64,000 bases of DNA from Bacteroidia bacterium (GCA_044373665.1 JBIPNH010000002.1:3421-67420), one strand, 5' to 3'; positions 1-10,162 are shown, numbered from the stretch's first letter. Translations and numbers: made by a program. Notes: generated by a model from the letters alone, not told the origin.

Positions 1-784
1 GTCGAGTCAATTTAAGGAAATAGATTTTTTGCCAATGTTTTTTTCTGCAATGCTGTCAGCTTTTTGGGCTTATGAAGGATGGAATAATGTAGGTTTTTTG
101 GGTGGTGAAATCAAAAATCCAAAGAAAAATATTCCAATTGCACTAGCGCTAGGAACCACTATCGTTATGGTTTTGTATGTGTGTGTAAATGCTGCTTTTT
201 TTAAATTGGCAGATATCCCTTTTTATAATCAAATTTACCAACAAGACAATCAAGTTGCAGCCATAGCAGGAATAAAGCAGGTATGGGTAATGGGAGGGCT
301 TTTTATTTCAATACTAATAATCGTCAGTACATTTAATAGCACTAACAACAGTTTGATGACAGCACCTCGTATTTATTATGCCATGGCAAAAGATGGTTTG
401 TTTTTTAAGAAAGCTGGAGTATCACATCCCAAATTTTTAACCCCTCATAAAGCTATTTTATTGCAATTGTTTTGGTGCTTAGTGCTAATTATCAGTGGAA
501 GTTTTAATATGCTTACAGATATGCTGGTCTTTGTTGCCTTTATATTTTATGGTTGTGGCGCTTTTGGAGTAATCATTTTAAGAAGAAAAATGCCAAATGA
601 AAACAGACCATTTAAAGTACCATTGTATCCTGTTATACCTTTAGTATTTACTCTTTTTAGTGCATTTTTGGTTTATTACTCTATTGTCCAATCTCCAGGA
701 TATGCCATTATTGGTTTGTTTTTAGTGGCAATGGGTGTTCCTCTTTATTATTTTTTTAACCGCAAATCTCCACAACAATACTAA
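1..784 (+). CDS. APC-superfamily amino acid permease, C-terminal part (5' end upstream of window)
   Basis: Reading frame is open from base 2 to the stop at 782-784. It has multiple hydrophobic helices. The motif FWAYEGWNN...GGEIKNPKKNIP is typical of APC/LAT-type transporters. Confidence 0.85.
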   Translation, partial: SSQFKEIDFLPMFFSAMLSAFWAYEGWNNVGFLGGEIKNPKKNIPIALALGTTIVMVLYVCVNAAFFKLADIPFYNQIYQQDNQVAAIAGIKQVWVMGGLFISILIIVSTFNSTNNSLMTAPRIYYAMAKDGLFFKKAGVSHPKFLTPHKAILLQLFWCLVLIISGSFNMLTDMLVFVAFIFYGCGAFGVIILRRKMPNENRPFKVPLYPVIPLVFTLFSAFLVYYSIVQSPGYAIIGLFLVAMGVPLYYFFNRKSPQQY

Positions 785-2274
785 TGCTTAGTCACCACAG
801 TTGTTTCGTTATTGAGTCAATAGCAAAAGCATTACATTGCAAATTACAAAATACCAAACTTATAGATTGTTTCAGTAACAGTCCACAAGAATTGATATTT
901 TGCTTTGAGTATCTAACGGTTAAATGTAATTTTTTTAATGGTGAATTATTGCTGGACATGGACGAACAATTGATAGGGAAAAGTAGACTGTTTAAGCCAC
1001 AGTTTAATGAAATTGTTGAGATGCAGGTTGAGGCTGTAGTTGCCCATCCATTTGATAGAAGTTTTCATATTCAAATGAGTAATGGATATATAATTTTCTT
1101 CAAGTGCTTTGGTCGTAAGTCGAACGTAATACTCTTGCACAACCAACAAACTGTCGAGCATTTTTGCAAACACATAGAAACAGATATGCTTTTTGTGTTT
1201 AACGAGAATACAGTGAATAGGCAGCTTGATTTTGATCCACATGTTTTCAATGAGTTGTCTTTATTCAAAAAGAAATACTCCTTTTTGCCCGAAACTTTAT
1301 TTTATCAACTCCACAACAATCCAAGTGAAGAAATATTTACAAATGAAGTCAAAAAACTTAGGTCAATCAAAGGGTTTGAAATAGAGGAGAATACTAACTT
1401 ATTTATACCAATCGATGATAAGAATAATGTTTTGGAGGTATTTAGTAAATGGACGAGGCAATTCATAGGAAAACAAACTTATGAGCAGCAAAAAAGTGAA
1501 TTACAACAACAAGTTGAGAAAAAAATTCAAGAAAAAGAAACCTATTTGCAAACCAATCTAAAAGCGTTAGAGTCTCTTAAAATACAAAGAAATGACGAAG
1601 AGATTGGTCACATTATTTTGTCCAATTTGCATCAAATTAATCAAGATTTGTCAAAACAAGTTTTGCTAGATATTTATAACCAAACTACAATAGTGGTGGC
1701 TTACGACAATAAGCTCAATGCTGTTGAAAATGCTAACAAATATTTCAGAAAATCGAAGGGAAGGCCTTATTTATTGCAACAATTAAGCAGTAAGATAGAC
1801 AAAGCTCAACAGCAGTTAGATCAGTTGAGACTAACAAAGGACAAGTTGCAAAATGCTGAAAATTTAAAACAACTAAAACCCTACAAAAAAGAGCAAACGA
1901 CAAAAGATTCAAATCGGGATTTGCCTTATAAACTTTTTACTGTTGATGGTTATTCCATATTAGTGGGCAAACATGCTGAGAGCAATGAAAAGTTATTAAA
2001 TTATTTCAGTGATAAGAATGATATTTGGCTCCATGCCAAGGATGTTAGCGGTAGTCATGTGATAATTAAGGTTAAGAAGGGAAAAGATTTACCAACTCAA
2101 GTTCTTGAAAAGGGGGCTTCTTTGGCTGCTTATTATTCTAAAAATCGAAAACAAAGTTTGGTTACTGTAATGTATACCCTTCGAAAATTTGTACGCAAAA
2201 TAAAAGGGGCAGAGAAGGGGCATGTAACGGTTAGTAATGAAAAAACGTTACTGGTAAAGCCGCATAATCAGTAG
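784..2274 (+). CDS. NFACT-family protein (RqcH/FbpA-like: NFACT-N, coiled coil, NFACT-R/DUF814)
   Basis: 496-aa ORF with an N-terminal HPFDRSF (Asp-Arg pair as in NFACT-N) and a central Gln/Lys/Glu coiled coil. C-terminal IWLHAKDVSGSHVIIK is typical of NFACT-R (DUF814). The ATG overlaps the upstream stop (TAATG). Confidence 0.7.
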   Translation: MLSHHSCFVIESIAKALHCKLQNTKLIDCFSNSPQELIFCFEYLTVKCNFFNGELLLDMDEQLIGKSRLFKPQFNEIVEMQVEAVVAHPFDRSFHIQMSNGYIIFFKCFGRKSNVILLHNQQTVEHFCKHIETDMLFVFNENTVNRQLDFDPHVFNELSLFKKKYSFLPETLFYQLHNNPSEEIFTNEVKKLRSIKGFEIEENTNLFIPIDDKNNVLEVFSKWTRQFIGKQTYEQQKSELQQQVEKKIQEKETYLQTNLKALESLKIQRNDEEIGHIILSNLHQINQDLSKQVLLDIYNQTTIVVAYDNKLNAVENANKYFRKSKGRPYLLQQLSSKIDKAQQQLDQLRLTKDKLQNAENLKQLKPYKKEQTTKDSNRDLPYKLFTVDGYSILVGKHAESNEKLLNYFSDKNDIWLHAKDVSGSHVIIKVKKGKDLPTQVLEKGASLAAYYSKNRKQSLVTVMYTLRKFVRKIKGAEKGHVTVSNEKTLLVKPHNQ

Positions 2275-2275
2275 C

Positions 2276-4984
2276 TTATTTTTTAATGCCGTCAAGAATT
2301 GCTTTTTTCGCTTTTCTAGCTGCTTCTTGCTTTACTTTTTCAATTTCAGCTTTTGCTTTTTCTTCGGCTAATTGTTTTTCTTGTCGAATTTTTTCTTCTA
2401 ATTTTTGTTTTTCTAAATTAGCTCTATCAATAGCTTGTTGCTTTAGATTCATTAAAGAATCATTGACTCTTTGTTTTTGAATTTCGGCTCTTCTTTTAGC
2501 TTCATCTTCTATTGCTTTTTTACGTTGTTCGACCTCATCCTTAAGTTGAGATTTTACATCATCTACAAATTTCTTTTTGGTTTCTGCCAAACTGATTTTA
2601 AAAACTGGTTTAGCAAAGAAACCAGATATTAGTACATCAACATTGACAATATCACTCAATTCTAAATTCACGCCTTTGGAACGTGCTTGTGACGTTAGTG
2701 AGTTAAGTACAGTATTGGCTTCTCCAAAATCTTTTCTAGGAATGCTCAGTTTGGCAATGTATTGAATGCTTTGGTCTAAAGCTGAAAAACCACTTATCTT
2801 AGCATTTGCACCTGGCCATAATGCCATTTTTAAACTATCCAATAACACCTTACCATTGTCAATTTTCAATTTGAAATTGAGGTCTTTTAGACTTAAATTA
2901 TTTAATTTGGTAATTTTTAACTCACTTGCCAGTTGGTTTAAAAGTGGCATATTTTTTAAAGAAGCACCTGAAATACCCATTTGTAGTTCACCAGTTACGG
3001 TTGGGTAATTCACACTTAAGTCTTTATTGAAATTATTTTGTAGTTTGATTTGTGAATTAAAAAGACCCTGAGTGTATTGTGCAATTGGAGCTAATTTTTT
3101 GACAATATCAAAATATTGGTAGGTTTTAATTATGTCAAGTGAACTTACATTAAAGTTTATATTACTAAATGGAAACTGAGGTTGGTGTGAATCGTAAATG
3201 CCATTTAAGGTCATTGAACCACCCAATAATTGAACGGCTAATTGATTAAACATTAGTTGTTTTTCTTTGATTATCACATCTCCATTTAATTGGGTTAAAA
3301 TAAGGTTGTCATAAACCAGTTTATTGATTTGTGATTTTAGAGTAAAGTCTAAATTCCCTGGAACATCAAAAGCTTCTAACGATACAGTATCATTAACAGT
3401 TGGTTCTTTCACAACTTCATCATATGTTAGAAATTCGTTGGCATTAATGTAGTTGGATTGTAAGCTGAATTTACCGGTTAGTAATTCATCTTTTGTGAAA
3501 TATGAGAACAAATTATCCAAATAACCTACTACCGCAAAGTCGCTCATTCCAACCGTTCCATTCAAGTATTTAATGTCAACTTTTTGAGGAGAGAAACTCA
3601 TTAATGCTTCTAATTTAGTGCCTTGTTTCAGCATTTCGGGATCTTTGAATTGGAAATTTTGAGCCATTAAATTTCCGCTTGCTTTAAATTTATTGTAGTT
3701 TGAGTTTTCAATGTCTTTGGTATATCCGTCAAACTGTAAATCACTGGTAATTTTACCCGTTATCAATGTTGATTTGTCCAAAGGAATAAAATTCCTAAAC
3801 TCATCCAGTTTTAAAGCGCCTTTAACAAAACCTTTGATATATGGATTAGTTTCAAAATTTCTGGCAAATAATTGACCTTTAAAAGGTTCTCCTGCCATTA
3901 CCATATCAAATCTTTTAAGGTCAACAACTGTAGCATCTGAACCTCCTGTTGGGTTGTCGATATTTAAATTTACAAAGACATTGTTGAGTGATTTGGGTAA
4001 ATTAGGATATTTGAATTGGCCATTGTCAACATCTATTTTTAAACCAAAACCAGGCATTAGCTCATCAGTCATTTTGCCTTTAAAATAGCCACTTAAATCC
4101 AATTTTCCGGTGGCTTTTAAATCTTTGAAATTTGAGGAATAAACGCCAGGAATTAGAGACAGGAAGGTTTTAAAATCTGATTTTTTGGTATTAAAAACAA
4201 TATCAAAATCCATGTCATTTTCATTCATATCCACATAACCTTCACCTCCAATATTTAAATCATTAAGTAAAATATCATTGTCGGAAAACGTGAATTTCAT
4301 GTTTTTCATGTCCATGTTTAAATTGACTTTAATGGCAGATTTAATGTTGTATAAATAACTAACACCTCCATAATTCATGGTCAGTTTTTCGACTTCAGTA
4401 ATGGTTTCTAGTAAAAAATTATCTTTATTAAAATCGCCTTTTAATTCGTGGTTAAATTGATAAAGTGAAGTAGAAAAACCCAAAGATTCATCACTGTATT
4501 TTAGAGTACCATTTTCGATGCTTAGCTTTTTAAGTTTAATGTCAAACATTGAACTCGTATCACTCTCAGTGGAAGAAGTGTCTGGAATTGCAATATCCCA
4601 ATTGCTTTTCCCATTTTTAAGCACCAAAAGCTGAATAAAAGGTTTAGTAAGTGCTATTTTATTGATTTTTATACTCGAGCCTTTGAAAAAGGACATCAAG
4701 TCGAGTTGTGCATTTATTTTTGGAAGATATACCAAAGTATCACCCTTAAAAGAATCTTTTCCTACTATACTTATTCGTTCTAAAGTTAGGGATACATTTG
4801 GAAAGTTTTTGATTAAAGAGAGTCCAATGGCATTTTCATCAAAGTTAAACTCAGCATTTAATGATTTGTTGGCTTCTTTTTTTATGCCATCAATAATTTT
4901 ACCCTTAAATAAGAAAGGGATAGCAATTAAAGCAAACAGAATAACAATGAGAGTTATACCTGTAATTTTAAATATTTTTTTCAT
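2276..4984 (-). CDS. AsmA-family outer-membrane biogenesis protein
   Basis: 902 aa with a single N-terminal TM anchor (ITLIVILFALIAIPFLF), a long beta-rich periplasmic body and a Lys/Glu-rich coiled-coil tail. This is the AsmA-like architecture. Confidence 0.7.
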   Translation of the reverse strand: MKKIFKITGITLIVILFALIAIPFLFKGKIIDGIKKEANKSLNAEFNFDENAIGLSLIKNFPNVSLTLERISIVGKDSFKGDTLVYLPKINAQLDLMSFFKGSSIKINKIALTKPFIQLLVLKNGKSNWDIAIPDTSSTESDTSSMFDIKLKKLSIENGTLKYSDESLGFSTSLYQFNHELKGDFNKDNFLLETITEVEKLTMNYGGVSYLYNIKSAIKVNLNMDMKNMKFTFSDNDILLNDLNIGGEGYVDMNENDMDFDIVFNTKKSDFKTFLSLIPGVYSSNFKDLKATGKLDLSGYFKGKMTDELMPGFGLKIDVDNGQFKYPNLPKSLNNVFVNLNIDNPTGGSDATVVDLKRFDMVMAGEPFKGQLFARNFETNPYIKGFVKGALKLDEFRNFIPLDKSTLITGKITSDLQFDGYTKDIENSNYNKFKASGNLMAQNFQFKDPEMLKQGTKLEALMSFSPQKVDIKYLNGTVGMSDFAVVGYLDNLFSYFTKDELLTGKFSLQSNYINANEFLTYDEVVKEPTVNDTVSLEAFDVPGNLDFTLKSQINKLVYDNLILTQLNGDVIIKEKQLMFNQLAVQLLGGSMTLNGIYDSHQPQFPFSNINFNVSSLDIIKTYQYFDIVKKLAPIAQYTQGLFNSQIKLQNNFNKDLSVNYPTVTGELQMGISGASLKNMPLLNQLASELKITKLNNLSLKDLNFKLKIDNGKVLLDSLKMALWPGANAKISGFSALDQSIQYIAKLSIPRKDFGEANTVLNSLTSQARSKGVNLELSDIVNVDVLISGFFAKPVFKISLAETKKKFVDDVKSQLKDEVEQRKKAIEDEAKRRAEIQKQRVNDSLMNLKQQAIDRANLEKQKLEEKIRQEKQLAEEKAKAEIEKVKQEAARKAKKAILDGIKK

Positions 4985-5010
4985 AGAAATTAAGACAACA
5001 TAGCCTAGTA

Positions 5011-5018
5011 CAAATTTA
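5011..5018 (-). promoter_or_regulatory. Bacteroidota -7 promoter box TAAATTTG upstream of asmA-like gene
   Basis: Perfect TAnnTTTG on the minus strand, 26 nt upstream of the ATG at 4984. Confidence 0.4.
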
Positions 5019-5059
5019 GTGCTAAACTAACAAAGTGACTTACATAATGATATGAAATA

Positions 5060-7105
5060 TTATCTTATTTCAATATTGAAGATAACAAATCCTTTGATAA
5101 GGTCACCATTTCCTTCTGTATCATTGTAGGCAAATTGTATTTTATTTTCACCATTTAAAAACAAGGAAGCATCCACTTCGGCAACACAATAGTCAATTTG
5201 ATTGGGTTTGCCATTGCTTTTTATAGGAACTGCTTTATTGGAGTTGTCGTTTATAATGACATAAGCTTCTGAATTGCTGTCTATACCTTGTGCAAGTAAA
5301 TAAAGATTTACTTTGGGAGGTAAAGCGGCACGGTTGATATTGATTCCAAAGGGAGAAGAGGCAGATTGATTAGGGTTTTTTCCCAATTCAAACACAAAGG
5401 CACTTTGGTAATGTTTTGGTTTGGCCTTATTCCAACTAAACACTTTAACTGCGCCATCTGTACAAGCCTCAAAATGGTAAGTAAAGTTTTGTTCTACAAA
5501 TTGTTTGGCCCTAGGATCTGTTAATGCGTTGTCAAAATAATAATCAGCTAATAACCAACCACGAGGATTGTTTTGATAAGTTTTTACTAATTGTTCGTAT
5601 GTGTAAGCACTTTTTTCTCTTTTGTCAGAAAGGTTAGGGACGTATTTTTTCTGAGCTGCATCGAAGTGCATTTGGCGAAACCAAACCACTGTGTCTAATT
5701 GCAAATAAAAACTAGGTGCTTGTTGAACAGTTGCCATTACAACATCCCCTTTTTGGTATTGCTCTTTGATAAATAGACAGGGCTGTTTCCAATTAACAAA
5801 GTGAATTTCCGATATTTCTTTGGGAACAACATTGCCATGATTCTCTGTTTTTAACATTTCGGAAATTTCTTTTCTTTTGCTAACACCCAAGCTTAAAAAA
5901 ACAAAAAGAATCAGCATGACATTTCTGTAGGAAGTATTGTTTTCAGAAAAAGATTGACTCAATGACTTAGCTGCTACAAATGCAATGAAATAAAGGGCAT
6001 AAGCCGCACTTATCATATAGACAGGATAAATATAAGTAAGGTATTTGGCATGAACAGGCTCTCTAAATACATAACTCATAAGTAGGAAAGGAACTACAAA
6101 TGTGGAAATTAGGAAATAGGATAGTTTTCGGTTTTTGATAAACGAAACAACAAAACCAATCCAAGCAAAGTATTTCAGACCCTTAAAATCGGTATTAATA
6201 ACACCTAAGTACACGTCTAAAGATTTGGAGGAATTTTCACCAGAAAATTGAACCATTACTTCCTTCATATTTGGCAGAATTAATGTGGCAATATTAGGAG
6301 GCAAAAAGAGTTCTATAATGGGGCGCATTATTTGATTTCCAAAAGGAGTAAGAAGCAATATAATAGCGGTAATATTGAGAACAAACAAAAGATTGTAAAC
6401 ATTAAATTGCCAAGGTTTACTTGTTTTTGTTATCCAAGAGTCTATAGCTGCCAAGGTGCCATACATACCTGCAGAAAAAATGAATAAGAAACAGATTAAT
6501 TGGCTCATCATAGAAAGAGCGAGTGCTAAAATTAACCATGGAATATACTTTGAATTAATCCCAAATTTCGACAATGCATTTTCTGTTTTCGATTTTGATT
6601 CTAGTAGTAGCCAAAAAACCAATAATAGCGGCATATAAAAAGTAGCCACCATACCATAAGGGCGGTCAACTCTACTCCAAAAAACAAGATATAGAGAGAC
6701 AGTACAGAACAAAGCAGCCATTAAACCAACTCTGAAATTGGCGATTTTATCACCTAATACGTACACAGTCGGGATAAGAGCAGCCCCCAACAGTGCAACA
6801 GGAAAACGCATTGCAAATTCATTTTTCCCTAGTATAAAACTAAAAAGGGTATTAAACCAAGTTAGCAAAATACCATTGTTTTCACCATGCTTAAATTTGC
6901 CATTGATAGCAGCAATTGCATGCATGTATTCATCCACCCAAAGTGATAAAAACCCAATACGGTATAAACGTAAAAATAGGGCAAATACTGCCAAAGCTAT
7001 CGCAATTTTGAGTGCGTTTTTTTCAATAAAAGAAACAGTCGATTTGGGTTTAACGCTTGTGTTATTTTTAACAACAGTTTTTTTAGGCGCTGTTTGTTTA
7101 TTCAT
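5060..7105 (-). CDS. GT-C fold membrane glycosyltransferase (GT39/GT83, ArnT/PMT-like) with extra C-terminal soluble domain
   Basis: 681 aa with more than 10 TM helices. A DE motif sits in the first loop (LWVDEYMH), as in ArnT/PMT enzymes. A ~250-aa non-membrane C-terminal domain follows. The gene directly follows a GT2 gene. Confidence 0.7.
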   Translation of the reverse strand: MNKQTAPKKTVVKNNTSVKPKSTVSFIEKNALKIAIALAVFALFLRLYRIGFLSLWVDEYMHAIAAINGKFKHGENNGILLTWFNTLFSFILGKNEFAMRFPVALLGAALIPTVYVLGDKIANFRVGLMAALFCTVSLYLVFWSRVDRPYGMVATFYMPLLLVFWLLLESKSKTENALSKFGINSKYIPWLILALALSMMSQLICFLFIFSAGMYGTLAAIDSWITKTSKPWQFNVYNLLFVLNITAIILLLTPFGNQIMRPIIELFLPPNIATLILPNMKEVMVQFSGENSSKSLDVYLGVINTDFKGLKYFAWIGFVVSFIKNRKLSYFLISTFVVPFLLMSYVFREPVHAKYLTYIYPVYMISAAYALYFIAFVAAKSLSQSFSENNTSYRNVMLILFVFLSLGVSKRKEISEMLKTENHGNVVPKEISEIHFVNWKQPCLFIKEQYQKGDVVMATVQQAPSFYLQLDTVVWFRQMHFDAAQKKYVPNLSDKREKSAYTYEQLVKTYQNNPRGWLLADYYFDNALTDPRAKQFVEQNFTYHFEACTDGAVKVFSWNKAKPKHYQSAFVFELGKNPNQSASSPFGININRAALPPKVNLYLLAQGIDSNSEAYVIINDNSNKAVPIKSNGKPNQIDYCVAEVDASLFLNGENKIQFAYNDTEGNGDLIKGFVIFNIEIR

Positions 7106-7107
7106 GA

Positions 7108-7866
7108 TTAATTAACAAAAAATCTTTTAACAATTAGAATGAGTGTTTTTTTGATAGTTCTTCCAACATTCATTTTACTCATACCCCCTTTTTGGTCGTA
7201 TCTTAAAATGAGAGGAGTTTCTCCAAATAATAGTTTTCTTTTTCTTAGTTTTAATAATATGTCGACCAAAGCTTGAAAACCATCTTGGTCAAAAAACCTG
7301 TCGCCATATTCATCCATTGCACTTTTAAGTACATCGGCACGAATAGCTCTGTAGCCGCAGGTATAATCTTTAACACCTTTGATAGGGTAGGTTATTCTAA
7401 AAATAATAGAGGCTAAGATACTCAGTAATTTTCTGTACCAAACCAAACCAATAACCCTAGCACCCGGTTGAAATCTTGAGGCAATAACAACATCATGTCC
7501 CTCAATAATCATTCTCATGAGTCTTAAAATAAGTCCAGGATTATGGGTAGCATCAGCATCCATTGTGATGATAATGTCATTTTTATTAGAGTCATTGACA
7601 GCCCTGTATAATCCATCTCGGATGGTGGCTCCCAAACCTTGATTAACCTCGTGAACGATAAGTTCAATAGGCATAGTTTCAGACATTTTTTTAACTATTT
7701 CTTCGGTTTTATCTCTGCTGCCATCGTTTACTACAAATACCTTATAGTCTGTTTTGCTATCATTTTCTAATGCAAATTGTATTTGCGAAAGGAGGTCGCC
7801 TATATTTTCTTCTTCATTGTATGCGGGTAATACAACTAATATTCGTCTTGAAATATTGAATGTCAT
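7108..7866 (-). CDS. GT2 polyprenyl-phosphate glycosyltransferase (ArnC/DPM1-like)
   Basis: 252 aa. Motifs VLPAYNEEENI, VVNDGSRDKT and the DXD-like MDADATH match the ArnC / dolichol-P-sugar synthase pattern. Confidence 0.85.
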   Translation of the reverse strand: MTFNISRRILVVLPAYNEEENIGDLLSQIQFALENDSKTDYKVFVVNDGSRDKTEEIVKKMSETMPIELIVHEVNQGLGATIRDGLYRAVNDSNKNDIIITMDADATHNPGLILRLMRMIIEGHDVVIASRFQPGARVIGLVWYRKLLSILASIIFRITYPIKGVKDYTCGYRAIRADVLKSAMDEYGDRFFDQDGFQALVDILLKLRKRKLLFGETPLILRYDQKGGMSKMNVGRTIKKTLILIVKRFFVN

Positions 7867-8862
7867 TTATTCGAAATAGTTTTTTAAAGATTTAACTTTA
7901 TCGTAGTTTTCTTTGTACCATTTAATGGTTTTTTGCAACCCTTCTTCGATATTTACTTTGGGTTGATAGCCCAATTCTGAAGCTGATTTGGAAGTATCCG
8001 ATACTCTGTCTTTTACTTTGTCCCATGCTCTAGCTGGTTTAAAAATAATATTTGATAAAGAACCTGTAGCTTCTTTTATTATTTCCGACATTTTTAGGAT
8101 TTCAGTTTTTGTTCCTGTACCACCATTAAAAATTTCACCGTCTTTGTTTGGTCCAAGTGCCGCAGAAATCATTAAATCAATAAGATCATCTACATAAGTA
8201 AAATCTCTAGTTTCTTTTCCGGTTCCTGTAATGATTAAATCTTCATTATTTAACGCTTTTTCAATAAAATTAGGAATAACATTTCGGTATTTTCCGGCAA
8301 GTTCGTATGGTCCATAAGTGTTAAAAATACGAATAGAAACGGTAGGAACATGAAACAAGTGAGCGTAATATTGTGTGTAAAGTTCGGCTGTATATTTATT
8401 GATAGAGTAGGGCGTTTCCGAAGGATAAATAAAAGTATTTTCATCCATTTGCTCGGCAGTACCATAAACACAACTACTGCTTGCATAAACAAATTTTTGC
8501 AAACTTTTGTGTGATTTTAGTATTTCCAACAAACCAACAGTTCCTACAATGTTTGTTTGAATGTCACTGAATGGGTGGTCAACAGAGTTTTGATTTGCAA
8601 AATGGGCTGCCAAATGAAAAACATAATCAAACTCATGTTGATTAATTACAAAGTTTAGTTTGTCCATTTTATCAATGTCCATTCCCACAAAAACAATGCG
8701 TGGATCATTAGGTAAAAACACAGACATACCCGAGGATTGATTGTCCATAATGAGTATTTTTGATACATTCTCGGACAAGAGTTTTCGGACCAAATTGTTG
8801 CCAATAAAACCGGCCCCTCCAGTTACAAGTACTCTTGCGTTTTTAAGCGTTGCTTTTTCCAT
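7867..8862 (-). CDS. NAD-dependent nucleotide-sugar epimerase/dehydratase (extended SDR; UDP-glucuronate decarboxylase/4-epimerase-like)
   Basis: Rossmann motif VTGGAGFIGNNL and catalytic SS...YSINK (YxxxK). The stop abuts the GT2 start with no gap. Confidence 0.85.
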   Translation of the reverse strand: MEKATLKNARVLVTGGAGFIGNNLVRKLLSENVSKILIMDNQSSGMSVFLPNDPRIVFVGMDIDKMDKLNFVINQHEFDYVFHLAAHFANQNSVDHPFSDIQTNIVGTVGLLEILKSHKSLQKFVYASSSCVYGTAEQMDENTFIYPSETPYSINKYTAELYTQYYAHLFHVPTVSIRIFNTYGPYELAGKYRNVIPNFIEKALNNEDLIITGTGKETRDFTYVDDLIDLMISAALGPNKDGEIFNGGTGTKTEILKMSEIIKEATGSLSNIIFKPARAWDKVKDRVSDTSKSASELGYQPKVNIEEGLQKTIKWYKENYDKVKSLKNYFE

Positions 8863-8904
8863 ACCTAAATTGGTTTCGAATCTAATTTAAAACCTTAGGT
8901 TTTA

Positions 8905-8912
8905 CAAATTTA
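8905..8912 (-). promoter_or_regulatory. -7 promoter box TAAATTTG upstream of SDR-GT2-GT-C operon
   Basis: Perfect TAnnTTTG on the minus strand, 42 nt upstream of the ATG at 8862. Confidence 0.35.
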
Positions 8913-8913
8913 T

Positions 8914-9930
8914 TTAAGCTTCCGAAAGGATGTGTTGTTTTAATTCATCAATTTGCTTGTAGATGCTTTTGAAGAATTGATTTCTTTGTTTTTCGGAAAC
9001 ACCACTTACGAGGGTCGATTTAGCTAAAATATTATTCAACCATTGTTCATTTTGTTGATTAAAATTAGCATTGGTAGTTTGCATAAAATTAAACGAACTA
9101 TAACTGATAAAGGAAGCTGACACTTGTTTGGATTTCGCCAAAATACAATTGGTGCCAATCATTACATCACTCAAATAAAACTGCAATTTAGTGGATGTCA
9201 TGCTGTCATTTTGGTTGAATTTGTAACCCATGTCACAGTTTTTTTGAATTAAATGAATCATGGATTCTAACTGAGTGATGATTTCTAACACACTTTCGGT
9301 TTTGTCAAAAAAGCCAGCATCATAATAATATTTTATCTGTTTAATGGTGCTAATAACGGTTTCGTTTGTCCAAACTTCGGTGGAATCAATGGTTTGATAG
9401 GTTAAGAAGATTTTTTTAGCAGTATTAATTATTTCCTCAGGTAAGTCAATTTTCTCATAATGTTTGTATTGAAATTCGGAAACATTCATCAATGATTTTA
9501 ACCAATATTTGATTTTAAAATCCATTAATTGAGGAAATCCAAAGTGATAAAATACCGGAATATCTTCAGCAGCAAAAGTAATATGAACATCTTCCATAGA
9601 GGCTAATCTCTCAAGATTGGTAAGCATGTTATTTAGATATGAAAGATAAGATTCTGTGTCGCTATTGAGGTGGTTTACAGTGAATGAAACTACATTGTTC
9701 AATTCGGTATTCATCGATTCAAAGGGAATTTTAAAATATTCAACTATTTTAGAGGTTTCATTCAACGTATAATCTGTTTCATTTCTTAACCTTCGGTAGG
9801 CACTATCCAAACTAATGTCTAAAAGTTCGCTCAATTCCCTAGCTAATGATATATTAGCAGGAACATGATTTTCAAGAATTTGATTAAAAGTTTCTTGGAA
9901 ATTTTTTGCATTTTTTACTTTTACACTCAT
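8914..9930 (-). CDS. Helix-turn-helix transcriptional regulator (BetR-like N-terminal HTH, large C-terminal domain of unknown function)
   Basis: 338 aa. The N-terminal segment ISLARELSELLDISLDSAYRRLRNET reads as an HTH. I recognised no other domain. Confidence 0.5.
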   Translation of the reverse strand: MSVKVKNAKNFQETFNQILENHVPANISLARELSELLDISLDSAYRRLRNETDYTLNETSKIVEYFKIPFESMNTELNNVVSFTVNHLNSDTESYLSYLNNMLTNLERLASMEDVHITFAAEDIPVFYHFGFPQLMDFKIKYWLKSLMNVSEFQYKHYEKIDLPEEIINTAKKIFLTYQTIDSTEVWTNETVISTIKQIKYYYDAGFFDKTESVLEIITQLESMIHLIQKNCDMGYKFNQNDSMTSTKLQFYLSDVMIGTNCILAKSKQVSASFISYSSFNFMQTTNANFNQQNEQWLNNILAKSTLVSGVSEKQRNQFFKSIYKQIDELKQHILSEA

Positions 9931-9949
9931 ATTGCTTTAATGTTTAATG

Positions 9950-9957
9950 CAAATCTA
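9950..9957 (-). promoter_or_regulatory. -7 promoter box TAGATTTG upstream of HTH regulator gene
   Basis: Perfect TAnnTTTG on the minus strand, about 19 nt upstream of the ATG at 9930. Confidence 0.4.
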
Positions 9958-10149
9958 TTGTTTTTCGTAATTAAAATTTATTTTTTTTAAATTATTGAAA
10001 AAATATTGGTGATTACAGTTTTTAATTAACTTATTAAATGATTTTCTCTCAAATAATATATTTTAAAACAATTAACGAATTATTATACTTGACGTTATCT
10101 GGGAACTTAAGATACAATGAGGTTAGTTTTTAAATTCCTTAAGTTTTGT

Positions 10150-10157
10150 TATTTTTG
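10150..10157 (+). promoter_or_regulatory. -7 promoter box TATTTTTG upstream of S41 peptidase gene
   Basis: Perfect TAnnTTTG, 5 nt upstream of the ATG at 10163. Confidence 0.4.
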
Positions 10158-10162
10158 TAAAG

